A stretch of 64,000 nt of DNA from an uncultured Methanoregulaceae archaeon (GTDB lineage: Archaea > Halobacteriota > Methanomicrobia > Methanomicrobiales > Methanospirillaceae). The translations under genes and the position numbers were made by a program. The notes beneath the pieces were generated by a model. It was not told the DNA's origin, did not search any database, and saw nothing but the letters and a program-made list of their open reading frames with translations. The stretch lies in contig CAVTTL010000001.1 of the NCBI GenBank assembly GCA_963737635.1, positions 256,001 to 320,000 on the forward strand, given 5' to 3'. Positions 11,705 through 22,739 of the stretch are shown here, in pieces (the stretch's first letter is position 1; every line of letters starts with the position of its first letter).

Positions 11705-12083
11705 CTTCCCGCTCTTTATCTTGCCGTGGACAACGATGGCGTCGCGGCTCGTCACATCGCCGACCCGCACATCGGGCCTGATGATGACTTTTCCTCCGGC
11801 CGCAACAGAATAGACCACGCAATGATCGAGCAGGGCCACATCCCCGGTCTGCCACGAGCGGCCCTTTGATCCGGGCGTGACTCCCGATAACTGCGCTCCC
11901 GCACGCCACATCGAGGGCCACGCTCGATTTCATCCCCAGTTCGAGCCTTCCGGTCACCACGAGCCGGCCCCAGAAATGGGTCCGGGCAGGCACGATAAAA
12001 TCGCCGTCAATCCTGACATTACCTTCATAATACGCCCCTCGTGGGGCATAAAAAGTGCTGCCTTGCTGGATGACGTCTGCCAT
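11669..12083 (-). CDS. Bactofilin-like/beta-helix protein, apparent frameshift near 11850
   Basis: Repeating V/I-x-G pattern continues from ORF 11694-12083 into the frame of ORF 11669-11911. Confidence 0.6.
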
Positions 12084-12131
12084 GTGCGTATCAAGGTAGT
12101 TGAGGCACGACCTTATCCATATAGTTTGTCG

Positions 12132-12976
12132 TCACCCCAGGAAAACAGCCGAGAGCGTGAAGACCGCCAGGGAAGCAAACATCCCGTATTTGAGCAGGGT
12201 CGTTGCACCGGTTGCGGCCAGTTCGCCGGGGTTGGTGCAGCCAAGCGCTTTTCCTGCCGCGATAATAATGATACCGTCGACGAGGGTGATCCCGGGGAGA
12301 TACCATGGCCCCCACCACCAGTAGGGGAATATGCTTGCCGCAATGGCGGCAACGGCACAGGAAAATGCGAAGATGGCGGTCTTCTGTACGCCAATCCGGA
12401 TGGGCAGGGTATCCGCACCGCCGGCCCGGTCGCCCTCGATGTCCTCGGCATCTTTCAGGAGTTCGCGGGCGAGCATCGCGAGGAAGGTGATAACGGCGAT
12501 AGGGAGTATCGTGATAAGATATCCCCACCCGGCAAACGCCCCGCCAAAGAGGAAGATGCTCGCCGCAAGGTACGACACCGCCACGTTCCCGAAAAACGGT
12601 GTGCTCTTGAGCCTGGCCGCGTACGCGACAAGGAGCAGGGCATTGAAAAGGGCAATGCCAAAGCAGAGCGGGGTCGTGAACCAGCTGGCGATAAGGCCGA
12701 GGACGAACAGGCAGCCCGGCGTAGGCGAGAGCCTGTGTTCCTGCCCACCGAGCCTGAGGGGATAGGACGTTTCGGGCGGTTGATCGCGTCAATTGCTGCA
12801 TCGAAATAATCGTTGATCACGTTCCCGGCAGCAGTGACGAGAATAACCACGGCCATAAGCAGGATGACACCATACACCAGCGTGCCGGTAGCGATAAGGT
12901 ACGCAACGATCGCCGCAAGACCAGCGACGACCGAATTTGCCGGGCGGGTAATCGTAAAAAATCCTGCAAGGCCCAT
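12132..12976 (-). CDS. Digeranylgeranylglyceryl phosphate synthase (UbiA family), apparent frameshifts near 12710-12740
   Basis: NDYFDAAIDAINRPKRPIPSG and RELLKDAEDIEGD motifs in two frames; YAARLKSTPFFGN between them. Confidence 0.88.
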
Positions 12977-13094
12977 ATAAGGATCCGGTATCTGGCCGTT
13001 CCGATATTAACCTAGCGTGCCTGGTTATCGCGGAGATGGACACGAGTGATCCGGCAGTGACGGCCTTTTCGAATTGCAGAGGGGAAAAAAAGGG

Positions 13095-13619
13095 TTACGT
13101 GAATACCGACGGGTCCAGGGTCCATTCGGCTGAGAAACTCACGGGCTTCTGGTTTGCCGGGGGTTCGGTAACAAAGGAGACGTCGAGCGTTGCTCCCTTT
13201 GAAAGCGCCTCATAATCCTTATCCGAAGTGATTATGACATAATCCCGGGGGGTTCCCATGTCTCCCGGGCCGAGTTCGTCAGTTTCTGCACCAGAGCCCG
13301 CATGGGAGACTCCGACTCCTCCGTACGAAACACCGTTTGCGCCGGTAATCCTGCTGAACCAGTGCAGATGGATGGGGGTGGTTCCGGTATCCAGGGCAGC
13401 TATATAGATGTCGATTTCATGGTCGCCGGATTGCGAACGCCCGGCCGTGATCTGGTAGATCGAGGCGTTAAAGGCAGAAGTTCCGTTTACCAGTACGGCA
13501 ACGTCGTCCTGGCTGAGCGCATGGGTACCCGTGATACCGGGGGTACTGGTTGTGCAGCCGGCAACGAGGATAAAACTGATACCAAGGATGGCAAATATAC
13601 AAAGAATACCCGTTTTCAT
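13095..13619 (-). CDS. Hypothetical lipoprotein
   Basis: Lipobox LVAGC after a hydrophobic signal. Confidence 0.7.
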   Translation of the reverse strand: MKTGILCIFAILGISFILVAGCTTSTPGITGTHALSQDDVAVLVNGTSAFNASIYQITAGRSQSGDHEIDIYIAALDTGTTPIHLHWFSRITGANGVSYGGVGVSHAGSGAETDELGPGDMGTPRDYVIITSDKDYEALSKGATLDVSFVTEPPANQKPVSFSAEWTLDPSVFT

Positions 13620-13744
13620 GGTTTCACCTACTCGCTGTACTACCGGATATTTTTTTTGTTCTTTCCTTAAAAAATTCACGCCGGATTTCCGCTAAAAACA
13701 AAGAACGGCAATCGCACCGTACAAAGAAAAAATACCAGCCGTTA

Positions 13745-13819
13745 CGGGCGAGGGGGGATTTGAACCCCCGACCATTAGCTTAGGAGGCTAACGCTCTATC
13801 CGGACTAAGCCACTCGCCC
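13745..13819 (-). tRNA. tRNA-Arg (CCT)
   Basis: GGGCGAG acceptor stem; anticodon arm TTAGC-CTCCTAA-GCTAA; GGTTCAAATC T-loop. Confidence 0.95.
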
Positions 13820-13882
13820 TCTGCTCATACCAATTGCGGGGGAATATGTATAAGTTTTGCGCGCTCGAAGATCTTCCCGCGA

Positions 13883-14995
13883 ATGGACGTCATCGAGAAA
13901 ACGGAAGGAAAAACGACGTTTTTTGTCCCGGTCCAGGACGACACCGAGCAGTTCCCGCCCGGCACTGCCCCGGTCTTTTTCAACCGCCGGATGGAGCTCA
14001 ACCGGGACGCCACCGTCTTGCTTCTCTCGGTGCTCAAACCCTCCGACTATCTCGATGCCATGGGAGCGACCGGCGTCCGGGGGCTCCGGGTGGCAAACGA
14101 GTGCGGGATCCCGGTCACTATCAACGACAAGGACCCGGAAGCGGTGCCGCTGATCCAGCAGAATGTTTGCCGGTCCGGGCTCCCGGTGACGGTCACCTGC
14201 CGGGATGCGTGTTCGCTGCTCTTCGAGCAGTCCTTTGATGCGGTCGACATCGACCCCTTCGGGACGCCAGCGCCGTTCATCGATGCCGGTGTCCGGGGGT
14301 GCCGGCGGTTTCTTCTCGTGACGGCAACGGATACCGCACCGCTCTGCGGGGCGCATCTCCGGGCAGGCATCCGCCGGTACTTTGCCCGCCCGGCCAATAC
14401 CGGGTACCACGCCGAAGTGGGTCTCCGGACCCTTCTCGGGTTTGTTGTCCGGGAGACGGTGAAGTACGACCGGGGCATCGAACCGCTCTTCTGCTTTGCC
14501 CGGGAGCACTTCGTACGCCTGAACCTGAGACTCACCCGGGGTGCCCAGGCTGCTGACCAGACCATCGCCCGGATCGGTTTTATCATGCAGTGCCCTTCCT
14601 GCGCCTACCGGGAGGAGCAGCCCGGGATGTTTCCCCCGTCTGCAACGTGTCCGTACTGCGGAAAAACGCTCCAGCCCATCGGGCCTCTCTACCTGGGAAA
14701 ACTGCTGGATGACGAAATTCTCGTGCAGATGCAGGACCAGCTCGCCTGCAGCACGCTTGGCACACACAAGGATCTGGCAAAACTGCTCGTCACCTGCCGG
14801 GAGGAACTGCCGCTCTCCAGCCACTACGATTACCATCTCCTCGCCCGGTCCCGTGCCGTTTCACCACCCCCCATCGATACGGTCCTTGAACGGCTGCGCT
14901 CTGCCGGCTACGCGGCGAGCCGGACCCACTTCTCCGGCACCGGGGTAAAAACCGACGCTCCGCTCCCGGTCCTTCTCGACACTATCAGGAACTAA
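13883..14995 (+). CDS. trm1: tRNA (guanine-26-N2)-dimethyltransferase
   Basis: VFFNRRMELNRD, TGVRGLR, DIDPFGTP, TATD, GPLYLG, GVKTDAP. Confidence 0.93.
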   Translation: MDVIEKTEGKTTFFVPVQDDTEQFPPGTAPVFFNRRMELNRDATVLLLSVLKPSDYLDAMGATGVRGLRVANECGIPVTINDKDPEAVPLIQQNVCRSGLPVTVTCRDACSLLFEQSFDAVDIDPFGTPAPFIDAGVRGCRRFLLVTATDTAPLCGAHLRAGIRRYFARPANTGYHAEVGLRTLLGFVVRETVKYDRGIEPLFCFAREHFVRLNLRLTRGAQAADQTIARIGFIMQCPSCAYREEQPGMFPPSATCPYCGKTLQPIGPLYLGKLLDDEILVQMQDQLACSTLGTHKDLAKLLVTCREELPLSSHYDYHLLARSRAVSPPPIDTVLERLRSAGYAASRTHFSGTGVKTDAPLPVLLDTIRN

Positions 14996-15084
14996 CATAG
15001 AGCCGGCGTCCGAATCCCTCATCAAAGACCAAACCATTTTCAGAATATTTATAAAAAGGTCTGCTGTATTCTCACCCTGATACC

Positions 15085-15747
15085 ATGAACAGGATGCCGG
15101 GGTATGGGAGAGTACCCGTGGTAACGGGGATTCTCCTCATCGTTTTTCTGCTGTGTGCGGGATGCACTTCCCACAATGATACTGCGCAGCCGGCAGCAGT
15201 GAATACAACGCCTGTACCACAGCCCGTAACGTCCACCGTCACCACGGTTCCTCCGACAGCAAGCCCGACACCGCTTCCCTACCAGATCTATACCAATCCC
15301 GCGTATTCACTGACGATGCATTACCCTCTCGGCTGGGCCACCATAGAACCGGGTACCTACACCACACCGGATTTCGGCCGGTTCAGCTACCACCTCGTCG
15401 ATTTCTATAAACTGAACGCGACGATGGTCACGGCCCGCGTCTTCAGCGTATATGTCGATCCGAATCCGGCAACCAATCTGGAAAATTACTTCAGCCAGGT
15501 GACGCTTTCCCTCAACAAAGCCTACGATGGCCTGACCATCACGCGGCCTAACTCCCTGTACCAGGTCTCCGGATACCGGGCCTACCGCCTCGACTTCCTG
15601 GATGCAAACGACTCCACGGTGATAGAGGTCTTCACGATCTCGCCGACGAACGTCCCCTATATCTTTACGTATGACGGTAAGGAAGACGCGGACTTCCAGA
15701 CGATGATGTTTTCCGTCGATATTACCAATAGCACGGTAAGCGGATAA
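15085..15747 (+). CDS. PsbP-like lipoprotein
   Basis: Lipobox LCAGC, Pro/Thr linker, Y.N..YSLTMHYPLGW. Confidence 0.6.
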   Translation: MNRMPGYGRVPVVTGILLIVFLLCAGCTSHNDTAQPAAVNTTPVPQPVTSTVTTVPPTASPTPLPYQIYTNPAYSLTMHYPLGWATIEPGTYTTPDFGRFSYHLVDFYKLNATMVTARVFSVYVDPNPATNLENYFSQVTLSLNKAYDGLTITRPNSLYQVSGYRAYRLDFLDANDSTVIEVFTISPTNVPYIFTYDGKEDADFQTMMFSVDITNSTVSG

Positions 15748-15778
15748 CGTTTTTACCGCGAAAGACGAAAAAAAGGCG

Positions 15779-16892
15779 TTAGTGTTCGATGATGATGGTG
15801 AGGATATCGCCGTCAACCAGCTTATGGGTAAGGCCCACCCGCTGGCCGCCGTGCTTGACGGATTTTCCCCAGACCCGGGCATACCGGAACCGGCGCACGA
15901 AGTCCCGGTGGAGCTTGATACAGACCGTCTCGACCGTGCTCCCCGTCCGGATGATCAGCGGCTCTTCGAGATCGGCGTCGCCACTCTGGGGCTTGAGATA
16001 GATCCGCATGAACCCGAGGCAGTCATAGATGGTATCCTTGAGCTCTTCCATGTGATACCCGGAATGGGCGGAGATCATGAGGGGGGGCGTAGCGAACCGG
16101 TCCGAAATATCGTGCTCGATCCTAAGGTAGGTCTCCTTGTCGATGAGGTCGACCTTGTTGACGGCAATGAACGCCGGCACATAGACCCGGTTTCCCTGGA
16201 CCGCATCGATGAGGTCTTCCTGGGTCGCGTTGCCGCGGACCAGCACCTCCGCGTTCATCATCTTGCTCTCGGAGAGGATCGACCGCACGTCCTCGATGTC
16301 AAGATCGAGCGTCCCGACCGCTGACAGGCGGATACCGCCGACCGAGGTCTTCTTGATGGTGATATCGGGTTTTGGCACGTTGATACGGATGCCTGCGTCG
16401 TAGAGTTCCTTGAGGAGGACGTTGACATGCTGGCCGTTGAAGACATCCACGAGGATGATGATGATGTCGGCGCTGCGCACGACGCCGATGACTTCCTTGC
16501 CACGGCCCTTGCCCATGGCTGCACCGGCGATAAGGCCCGGGATATCGAGTAGCTGGATCTTAGCACCTTTGTGTTCGAGGGCGCCGGGCACTACGGTGAG
16601 TGTCGTAAAAGCGTATGCAGCGACCGCACTTTCTGTGCCGGTGAGCTTATTGAGGAGCGTACTTTTACCGGTCGACGGGAAACCGACGAGGACTGCGGTC
16701 GCGTCGCCGGATTTTTTGACCGAATAGCCTTCTCCGCCACCGCCGGATTTCATCGCCCGGTTGACGGCTTCGTCGCGGAGTTTTGCGATCTTAGCCTTTA
16801 TCCGGCCGATGTGCTTGGAGGTAGCTTTTGTTGTACGGAGTCTTTGTGAGCTCTGCTTCCAACTCGGCTATCTGCTCTTCAAGACTACTCAT
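15779..16892 (-). CDS. DRG/Rbg family GTPase with TGS domain, apparent frameshift near 16828
   Basis: GFPSTGKST, FTTL, DIPG, NKVD; N-terminus MSSLEEQIAELEAELTKTPYNK lies in another frame (extra A in an A-run). Confidence 0.92.
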
Positions 16893-17068
16893 TCCTATAT
16901 TATTCGACGCAGGTTCGGGATATACTTGTTTATAGAACGCCAGATGACGGGAATGCATGTGGTCTGTGAATCCCCAAAGGGCCATTCCTTCCCCCGACAT
17001 CCCTGAAAAGCGGGTGGACGGCTGATAAACTTTAAGTAAATCCATCGCCCATGTTAGTGGGCAATTAC

Positions 17069-17143
17069 GCTGCTATAGTGTAGACCGGCCAATCATGCGA
17101 GCCTCTCACGCTCGCGACAGGGGTTCGAATCCCCTTAGCAGCA
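17069..17143 (+). tRNA. tRNA-Glu (CTC)
   Basis: GCTGCTA/TAGCAGC acceptor stem; anticodon arm CGAGC-CTCTCAC-GCTCG; GGTTCGAATC. Confidence 0.95.
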
Positions 17144-17166
17144 TCCTTTTCTGACAGTAAAAAACC

Positions 17167-17428
17167 TTAATATACATCGTCGTGGTGCGCAAAGTCCACG
17201 AGCGTGATCTGTTCTTTCTTTTTATCCAGTTTATACGTCAGGACATGATGCCCGATATGCAGGCGCCGTAGCCCTTGCATGGGACTGCGGAGTGGTTTCC
17301 CGATCTCCGGGTTTTCCCCTCAGCTCACGGAGTTTCCTCACTAGTTGTTTAAACCGTGCGGAATCCTTCTTCCTCATCTTCCGGAAAATTTCTTCGATAT
17401 CAGGATGGTAAACTATTGTATACGTCAT
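17167..17428 (-). CDS. RelE/ParE family toxin, apparent frameshift near 17317
   Basis: MTYTIVYHPDIEE...LREL continues as ENPEIGKPLRSPMQGLRRLHIGHHVLTY...FAHHDDVY* in the next frame. Confidence 0.8.
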
Positions 17429-17634
17429 TCTGAGATGGCCCGGATAAAATCGTCCATTGAATCGTGTGTTTTTCCTTTTCCGGCAGCAATATCTGCTTGG
17501 GCCTTCTTCACTCTCCTGACAAATGAAGGTTTGATAGCCGATTCGGGAGGATAAACACTCTCATCAATCTTCTCTTCAATACGTTCAAGGCGGGTTACGA
17601 TATCGGAGAGCATCTGCTCTACACTCCGGTCCAT
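17425..17634 (-). CDS. Putative antitoxin
   Basis: Small protein ending GKGKTHDSMDDFIRAISE; stop overlaps the toxin start. Confidence 0.7.
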   Translation of the reverse strand: MDRSVEQMLSDIVTRLERIEEKIDESVYPPESAIKPSFVRRVKKAQADIAAGKGKTHDSMDDFIRAISE

Positions 17635-17818
17635 CCCACGAACCGGAAGCGAGGATTCACGCACCCCCCCAAGAGGATAATCAGTTACCCTTCCCTGAAC
17701 TATTTTGCCCCGGCTGATTGCCCGTTCCTTTGATCCGGCTGCTACCTTGTAGTTCATAGCACTGTCCAGATCTTTATTCTATGTGTTCAATAGCTTTTTT
17801 ATCAGGAATTCATTTTAA

Positions 17819-18406
17819 GGAAAACGAGAAAATGAATACCTCAGGTTAGTAATCGCCCGGGAATATCTCGCAAAGTGGAGAACAGATTATCCGTTCCGGC
17901 CTGAGGGGGATAATCTCGTTTTTATCACGGAGCGCAAGACGCCGCTCACCCATGCATCTATTCAGAAACAACTGAAACGGATCGCGGAACGGGCAGAGAT
18001 CGAGAAACACATTACCCCGCATGTCTTCCGCCATTCCCGGATTACGCACCTAATCCAGGAAGGAGTTCCGGAGAGCGTGATCAAACTGATGATGTGGGGG
18101 AACATCGGAAGCACCATGTTCCAGACATATGCGCATCTTGCAGGTAGCGATATTGATGCGGCGATCCTGAAGAACTATGGGGTAAAGTCAGCGAATGGCG
18201 ATAAGCCCACCGGGTTACGATTAGAACCCCGCCAATGTGAGCATTGTTATACAGTGAATGCACCAACTTCAAAGTTCTGTTCGAGCTGTGGCCGGCCCCT
18301 CGATCCTTTGGTCGCTATGAAACTTGATGAGAAAGTCCAGATGGCTCGGGACAGCCCGGATTATCAGGAATTGCTGACGAGACTGAAGAAAGATTTGAAT
18401 CTCTAG
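17819..18406 (+). pseudogene. Tyrosine integrase, N-terminally truncated, C-terminal zinc ribbon
   Basis: Open frame reads ...KHITPHVFRHSRITHL...MMWG...TYAHL...CEHC..CSSC; HxxR and catalytic Tyr present; in-frame TAA at 17816, no N-terminal domains. Confidence 0.85.
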
Positions 18407-18464
18407 TATCTGAAAACAATACCACGTTAATTTTTTAATTGGAGATAACACTCTATGATCTGTT

Positions 18465-19229
18465 CTATTTTGAAAAATATATCTCCTTTATTCTGCGCCC
18501 CAATCCGTCAAAATCTGGGAATAATGAAAATTCGTTCATATTTGCTAATTTCAAAAATTTTTTTGCATCAGGAATGATATCTTTGGGGATATCAAATCGT
18601 TTGACGACATCAGTAGAGTAAATTTTTTCTAATGGATTCAAATTAGAACCGTGCACTGTAAAATAACTGTTCTGAGCAATTACACGAGGATGTCGTTTTA
18701 CAGGATTTATTGCGATAGGATTTTTAAATACTTTTTTCTCTAATTCGAGTGTTACAAACATTTTTTTATAATCAAGCGACTGCCCTTGTTCAATGCTAAT
18801 AATTCGTGGCTTATCCACAGATTTTATATTTAACCTTACAGGGTTCAACATCCACACGCAAGGGGTGTTCACTTCATCATGTTTGCGCAATGCAAAATAT
18901 AATGCGACTGTAAAACTTCCCGTCCAATCGAGAAGTCTTGTCGGTATTTCATGATGCCTCATCTCATAAAGTACTTCCCATGATTCTTTCAAACAATTTG
19001 AATGCAAAATTGCTGAATTAGTCTCAAAATCGTAAAATACAGTCATTTCCCGATTTTTTGAATAATCGAGATCGTGAGAGATATCTATGTCTCTGAATAA
19101 AGTTGGCAACAATGTATGAGAATTGTTTGATAAACCTCGAAAAAATGGCGTATGGCATCCATTAGTTTTATCATTAAAAAGTCGATCTATTTCTTCAATT
19201 ATTTCGGAATATAAGTCTGCCCAAGACAT
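18465..19229 (-). CDS. FRG domain protein
   Basis: FFRG, LLPTLFR, MRHHEIPTRLLDWT, ALYFA, RVIAQNSYFTV, SLFPDFDG. Confidence 0.92.
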   Translation of the reverse strand: MSWADLYSEIIEEIDRLFNDKTNGCHTPFFRGLSNNSHTLLPTLFRDIDISHDLDYSKNREMTVFYDFETNSAILHSNCLKESWEVLYEMRHHEIPTRLLDWTGSFTVALYFALRKHDEVNTPCVWMLNPVRLNIKSVDKPRIISIEQGQSLDYKKMFVTLELEKKVFKNPIAINPVKRHPRVIAQNSYFTVHGSNLNPLEKIYSTDVVKRFDIPKDIIPDAKKFLKLANMNEFSLFPDFDGLGRRIKEIYFSK

Positions 19230-19340
19230 TTATTCTAACCTCATTTGATACATAATCTTTTCAGAATAATATACTTTCAACTATGAATGGGTCTGTCTTG
19301 ACAGGATAACGTTAATATTCACAAAAATATAGTTTGATGC

Positions 19341-20135
19341 ATGATAGAAACAAGAAATGGTGTGGTCGTATTTTTAGACGCATTAGGTATTTCTGATTAT
19401 AATAACGATAAATGTAAAATTTTTGTTAAAAATAGGGATGAAATAAAAGACGAATTGAAGTTTGTAGTAGAGAAATGGAAGATTCAATTGGAAGAAGAGC
19501 TTGGCAAAATATTACTTAAACCGAATATAGCAACATTCCAAGATTCCATAATATTGTGGTGGCCAGAGCAGAAAGCGAATTCATTAGACTTTTTTTTAGG
19601 GGCAGGTCATATCGTTACTGCAATAATCAATCTAGCGATCCAGAGAAAAATTTTTCTCCGTGGAGCCATTTCTGTAGGGGAATATATTTATGACGAATCA
19701 TCGGCGAACGTAACTATAATTGGTCAGGCTGTTGCCGACGCTTATAAATATCATGCTATTACTGATTGGATTGGAGTGATTCAAACCCCAAGGTTTCGAC
19801 GTGAATATCTTTGCTATCTAAATTCTGTTGCTGATAACGATAATGTACCGTTGAATGCAGTGATTAAAAAATATAGTACCTTTTTTGTTCCCTGTAACAT
19901 TCCCTTACACAAAGATAAAAATGAGATTGGAACGTTATCAATGGAGAAATTTTTTGCTGTCTCATGGCCTCAATTAACATATCAAATTGAAAATAAAGGA
20001 TGCGAGCAAATATTAAGTATTTTATTATATGAATCTCATCGTCCGGAGAATGCAAAGTACAAATCAAAATATGATAATACTCTAATATTCGCTGAATGGT
20101 ATAAGGATAATGAATATTACCCACCACCTGCATGA
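19341..20135 (+). CDS. Class III nucleotide-cyclase-like protein
   Basis: VVFLDALG...FQDSI...LRGAISVGE...IIGQAVADAY pattern. Confidence 0.55.
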   Translation: MIETRNGVVVFLDALGISDYNNDKCKIFVKNRDEIKDELKFVVEKWKIQLEEELGKILLKPNIATFQDSIILWWPEQKANSLDFFLGAGHIVTAIINLAIQRKIFLRGAISVGEYIYDESSANVTIIGQAVADAYKYHAITDWIGVIQTPRFRREYLCYLNSVADNDNVPLNAVIKKYSTFFVPCNIPLHKDKNEIGTLSMEKFFAVSWPQLTYQIENKGCEQILSILLYESHRPENAKYKSKYDNTLIFAEWYKDNEYYPPPA

Positions 20136-20188
20136 GTGAATTAGATAGATTACAATCATTCAAAATTGATTTTTCAGAGATATGTGAT

Positions 20189-20341
20189 CTATGACAGATT
20201 CAATTTTTCTTCAGTAAGTTTCTTATCAGTACCTTGAGTCTCTAATAGTCGAGCCTTTCCCTGCCGGATCCATCGCTTCCAAACCAAAATCGCGATAGGA
20301 TCTTCCATATGTTCCAATTCATCAATTGATACTGTTAGCAT
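20189..20341 (-). CDS. Small hypothetical protein (50 aa, below ORF-track cutoff)
   Basis: MLTVSIDELEHMEDPIAILVWKRWIRQGKARLLETQGTDKKLTEEKLNLS*; GGGGT upstream. Confidence 0.45.
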   Translation of the reverse strand: MLTVSIDELEHMEDPIAILVWKRWIRQGKARLLETQGTDKKLTEEKLNLS

Positions 20342-20941
20342 CCAGACCCCCATAGGGAGCGAATTTTACTGTATTCTGAGTCTTCCCTATAATGCGTCTC
20401 AAAAGGGGGGTATATAAAAAATACGACTGTTCAGAAGAAAATATGCAAATTTTTAACCACGGTCAAAAAAGTAACGCCATTTTTAAGATTTTGTATAATC
20501 CAAATGATCATGAATCCGGTCGTTAAATCTCGTAAAACTATGCTTGATCATGTTCAATGTCTGTTTCAAGCTCGCTCAACACATGCTGCGATCATGCAAA
20601 CGCTGAAAATCGGGCGTTGCGCTGCGTTGCGATTGTCAAAGTTGTGAAAATTACACTGCAAATTTTGGTTGAATTCACTAGCGCAGCGCAGCGACGCGTT
20701 AAATCCAAAAATGATGTTTTGTACCGAATATGACCTTATTTAAATCTTTCTTGTAAAAACCGTTCTCCGTCGTGAACTGTGTAACCGCGCGGGCTGTTTA
20801 TAAACTTGAATATAAATTATACGTGAATAGGTTCTGATAACTTAACGGGACTTCGGGACTTTTGGAAGTGTGTGATAAGTGGAGGGACTTTTCGTGCATC
20901 TTGAATAGATTGATGAGATTAGAAACGAAGTATACATTCTT

Positions 20942-21184
20942 ATGAATGATGAATACACCCGTGAAAACCGAATAAGAAAATATAACTTGAAACTCAAAGC
21001 GGAAGCAGTTGCTCTAACAAGTTACTCCATAATTGTGGCCTTATTTGTTTTTATGGTTGGTAGTTCAAGTTACGCCGATTTAACAAAAGTCGCACTTTCG
21101 ATACTATTGTTATTCGTAATGGTGGTATTATCAAAGCGTTTCAAAAAGATGGATTCGGAAATAGATGATATTTTCACGAATTAA
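20942..21184 (+). CDS. Small 2-TM protein (IS passenger)
   Basis: 80 aa, two hydrophobic segments, inside the IRs. Confidence 0.6.
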   Translation: MNDEYTRENRIRKYNLKLKAEAVALTSYSIIVALFVFMVGSSSYADLTKVALSILLLFVMVVLSKRFKKMDSEIDDIFTN

Positions 21185-21197
21185 CGAGTGGAAAAAA

Positions 21198-22379
21198 TTA
21201 TTTCCCCGCCGCCAGCCCGATCATCGTTTCCCACCGGTTCCCCATCAGGTTGATCGGGATATTTGCCATCTGCGCCGGTGTCATTCCCCCAATCCCCATG
21301 TGAGGCCGGATATAGTTGTAATATGTCTGCATTCCAGCGGCAAACTCTCCGGCACCAATCGCGCTATCAAGGCTTCGCATAACCTTCGTGCGCTCTCGGA
21401 ACGTGCCGTTCAAGCGTTCGAGGATATTGTTGTTCGGCTTTGTCTCAAAGTCTTTGAGTCGGATATGAGGATTCTGGATTCTGCCGAGTCCGTAGTACTC
21501 AGCCTTGATTGCCTCTTTGTAAGCCTGCAACCCATCGGTCACAATTGCATCCGGTCGAACATTGGTAATGCTCTTTGCGGTCTGTAGTGGCTTGCGGGCA
21601 TCCTTTACAAACCGTGTTTCAGTAACTTGACAGGCGAGGAGATACCGCGTCTTTGCGTCCATGACATTCCAGATCCACTGGTAATACTTCTTCTCGCCGT
21701 CTTTCTTGATGAAGATCGTAGTCTCATCGGAGTGCCAGATGTTTCCAACGTCTGCTTTGTATTTCTCGGAATATCCTCCAAGGAGTTTCAGATACTTCTT
21801 AATCCAGCTTAGAATAGTTGGTTGTGTAACTTCGACACTTTCAAATTGTTTCAGGTGGTCGGCAATCTTCCTCTGCGATACTCCCTTGAAGTAAAGGTCG
21901 AGGGTGAGAGTGATAACCTTTGGATTAAACTTCATCCGGCAGAATCCCTTATCCACAACGAACCGGTGATCACAGTCCGTGCATCCATACCTCTGAACTT
22001 CTCCGAATTGTGTCTTGCGGATACCACGCTTTACAACGTTCGCGCTCTTGCAAGCGGGGCAAAGGACTTTTATTTCGGTTTCTGCGATTGCAGCAGGTGC
22101 GCTGTGTTCCTGAATGTCTCCGGAGAGTTTTAGGGAGAATTGTACCGCGTGGATGTGTTTGCAGGGCGCGTTTCTGGTTGTGAAGTCTGGGCAAGTACAG
22201 AACCAATCGTGAAGGTGTGGTGCATTGCGACCTTTTACGAACTTTCGGGTGACTTGATAGTATGCGTCTTTTGACTGCGACCGGACATCCCATTCGTTCT
22301 TCCCGGTTTGAATGATCGTGTTTGGCTGCGAGAGGATCGCAAGTCCTCTTAATTCTCTTGGGTTGGTTAGTTGCTGCAT
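21198..22379 (-). CDS. IS6-like DDE transposase with SWIM finger and zinc ribbon
   Basis: CTCPDF..CKH (SWIM), CPAC..CTDC, WHSDET, IVTDG, NNILERLN, YNYIRPH. Confidence 0.9.
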   Translation of the reverse strand: MQQLTNPRELRGLAILSQPNTIIQTGKNEWDVRSQSKDAYYQVTRKFVKGRNAPHLHDWFCTCPDFTTRNAPCKHIHAVQFSLKLSGDIQEHSAPAAIAETEIKVLCPACKSANVVKRGIRKTQFGEVQRYGCTDCDHRFVVDKGFCRMKFNPKVITLTLDLYFKGVSQRKIADHLKQFESVEVTQPTILSWIKKYLKLLGGYSEKYKADVGNIWHSDETTIFIKKDGEKKYYQWIWNVMDAKTRYLLACQVTETRFVKDARKPLQTAKSITNVRPDAIVTDGLQAYKEAIKAEYYGLGRIQNPHIRLKDFETKPNNNILERLNGTFRERTKVMRSLDSAIGAGEFAAGMQTYYNYIRPHMGIGGMTPAQMANIPINLMGNRWETMIGLAAGK

Positions 22380-22496
22380 GTTGTTTCACCTATTTGTTTA
22401 CTTGTTAATTACCTATAAGTTGTATGGGTATAAATAACTTATTGCCGATTAAAAAGGCAACAACATTTAAATAAAAAGGAAACACATAGTAAATAC

Positions 22497-22673
22497 ATGG
22501 CAAAAAATGTAAGAGCCGACGAGTCGATTTTACACCCGGCAACAACCAATAGTATCTCGTTGAGAACGACGATACCGAGTTATATTGTAGCGAAGTTGGA
22601 ATTGGAAAAAGGACACCGGTTTAGATGGTGTATTGAGAGCGAGGGATTGAGGATTGAAGTTATAAAAGAGTGA
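22497..22673 (+). CDS. AbrB/MazE-like DNA-binding protein (58 aa)
   Basis: MAKNVRADESILHPATTNSISLRTTIPSYIVAKLELEKGHRFRWCIESEGLRIEVIKE*; divergent from the transposase. Confidence 0.75.
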   Translation: MAKNVRADESILHPATTNSISLRTTIPSYIVAKLELEKGHRFRWCIESEGLRIEVIKE

Positions 22674-22739
22674 ATAAGTTTATCAGTCCTCAAAAATCAT
22701 TTCGAATAGTATTTATTTATCTTTATCAATTCTCAGATT

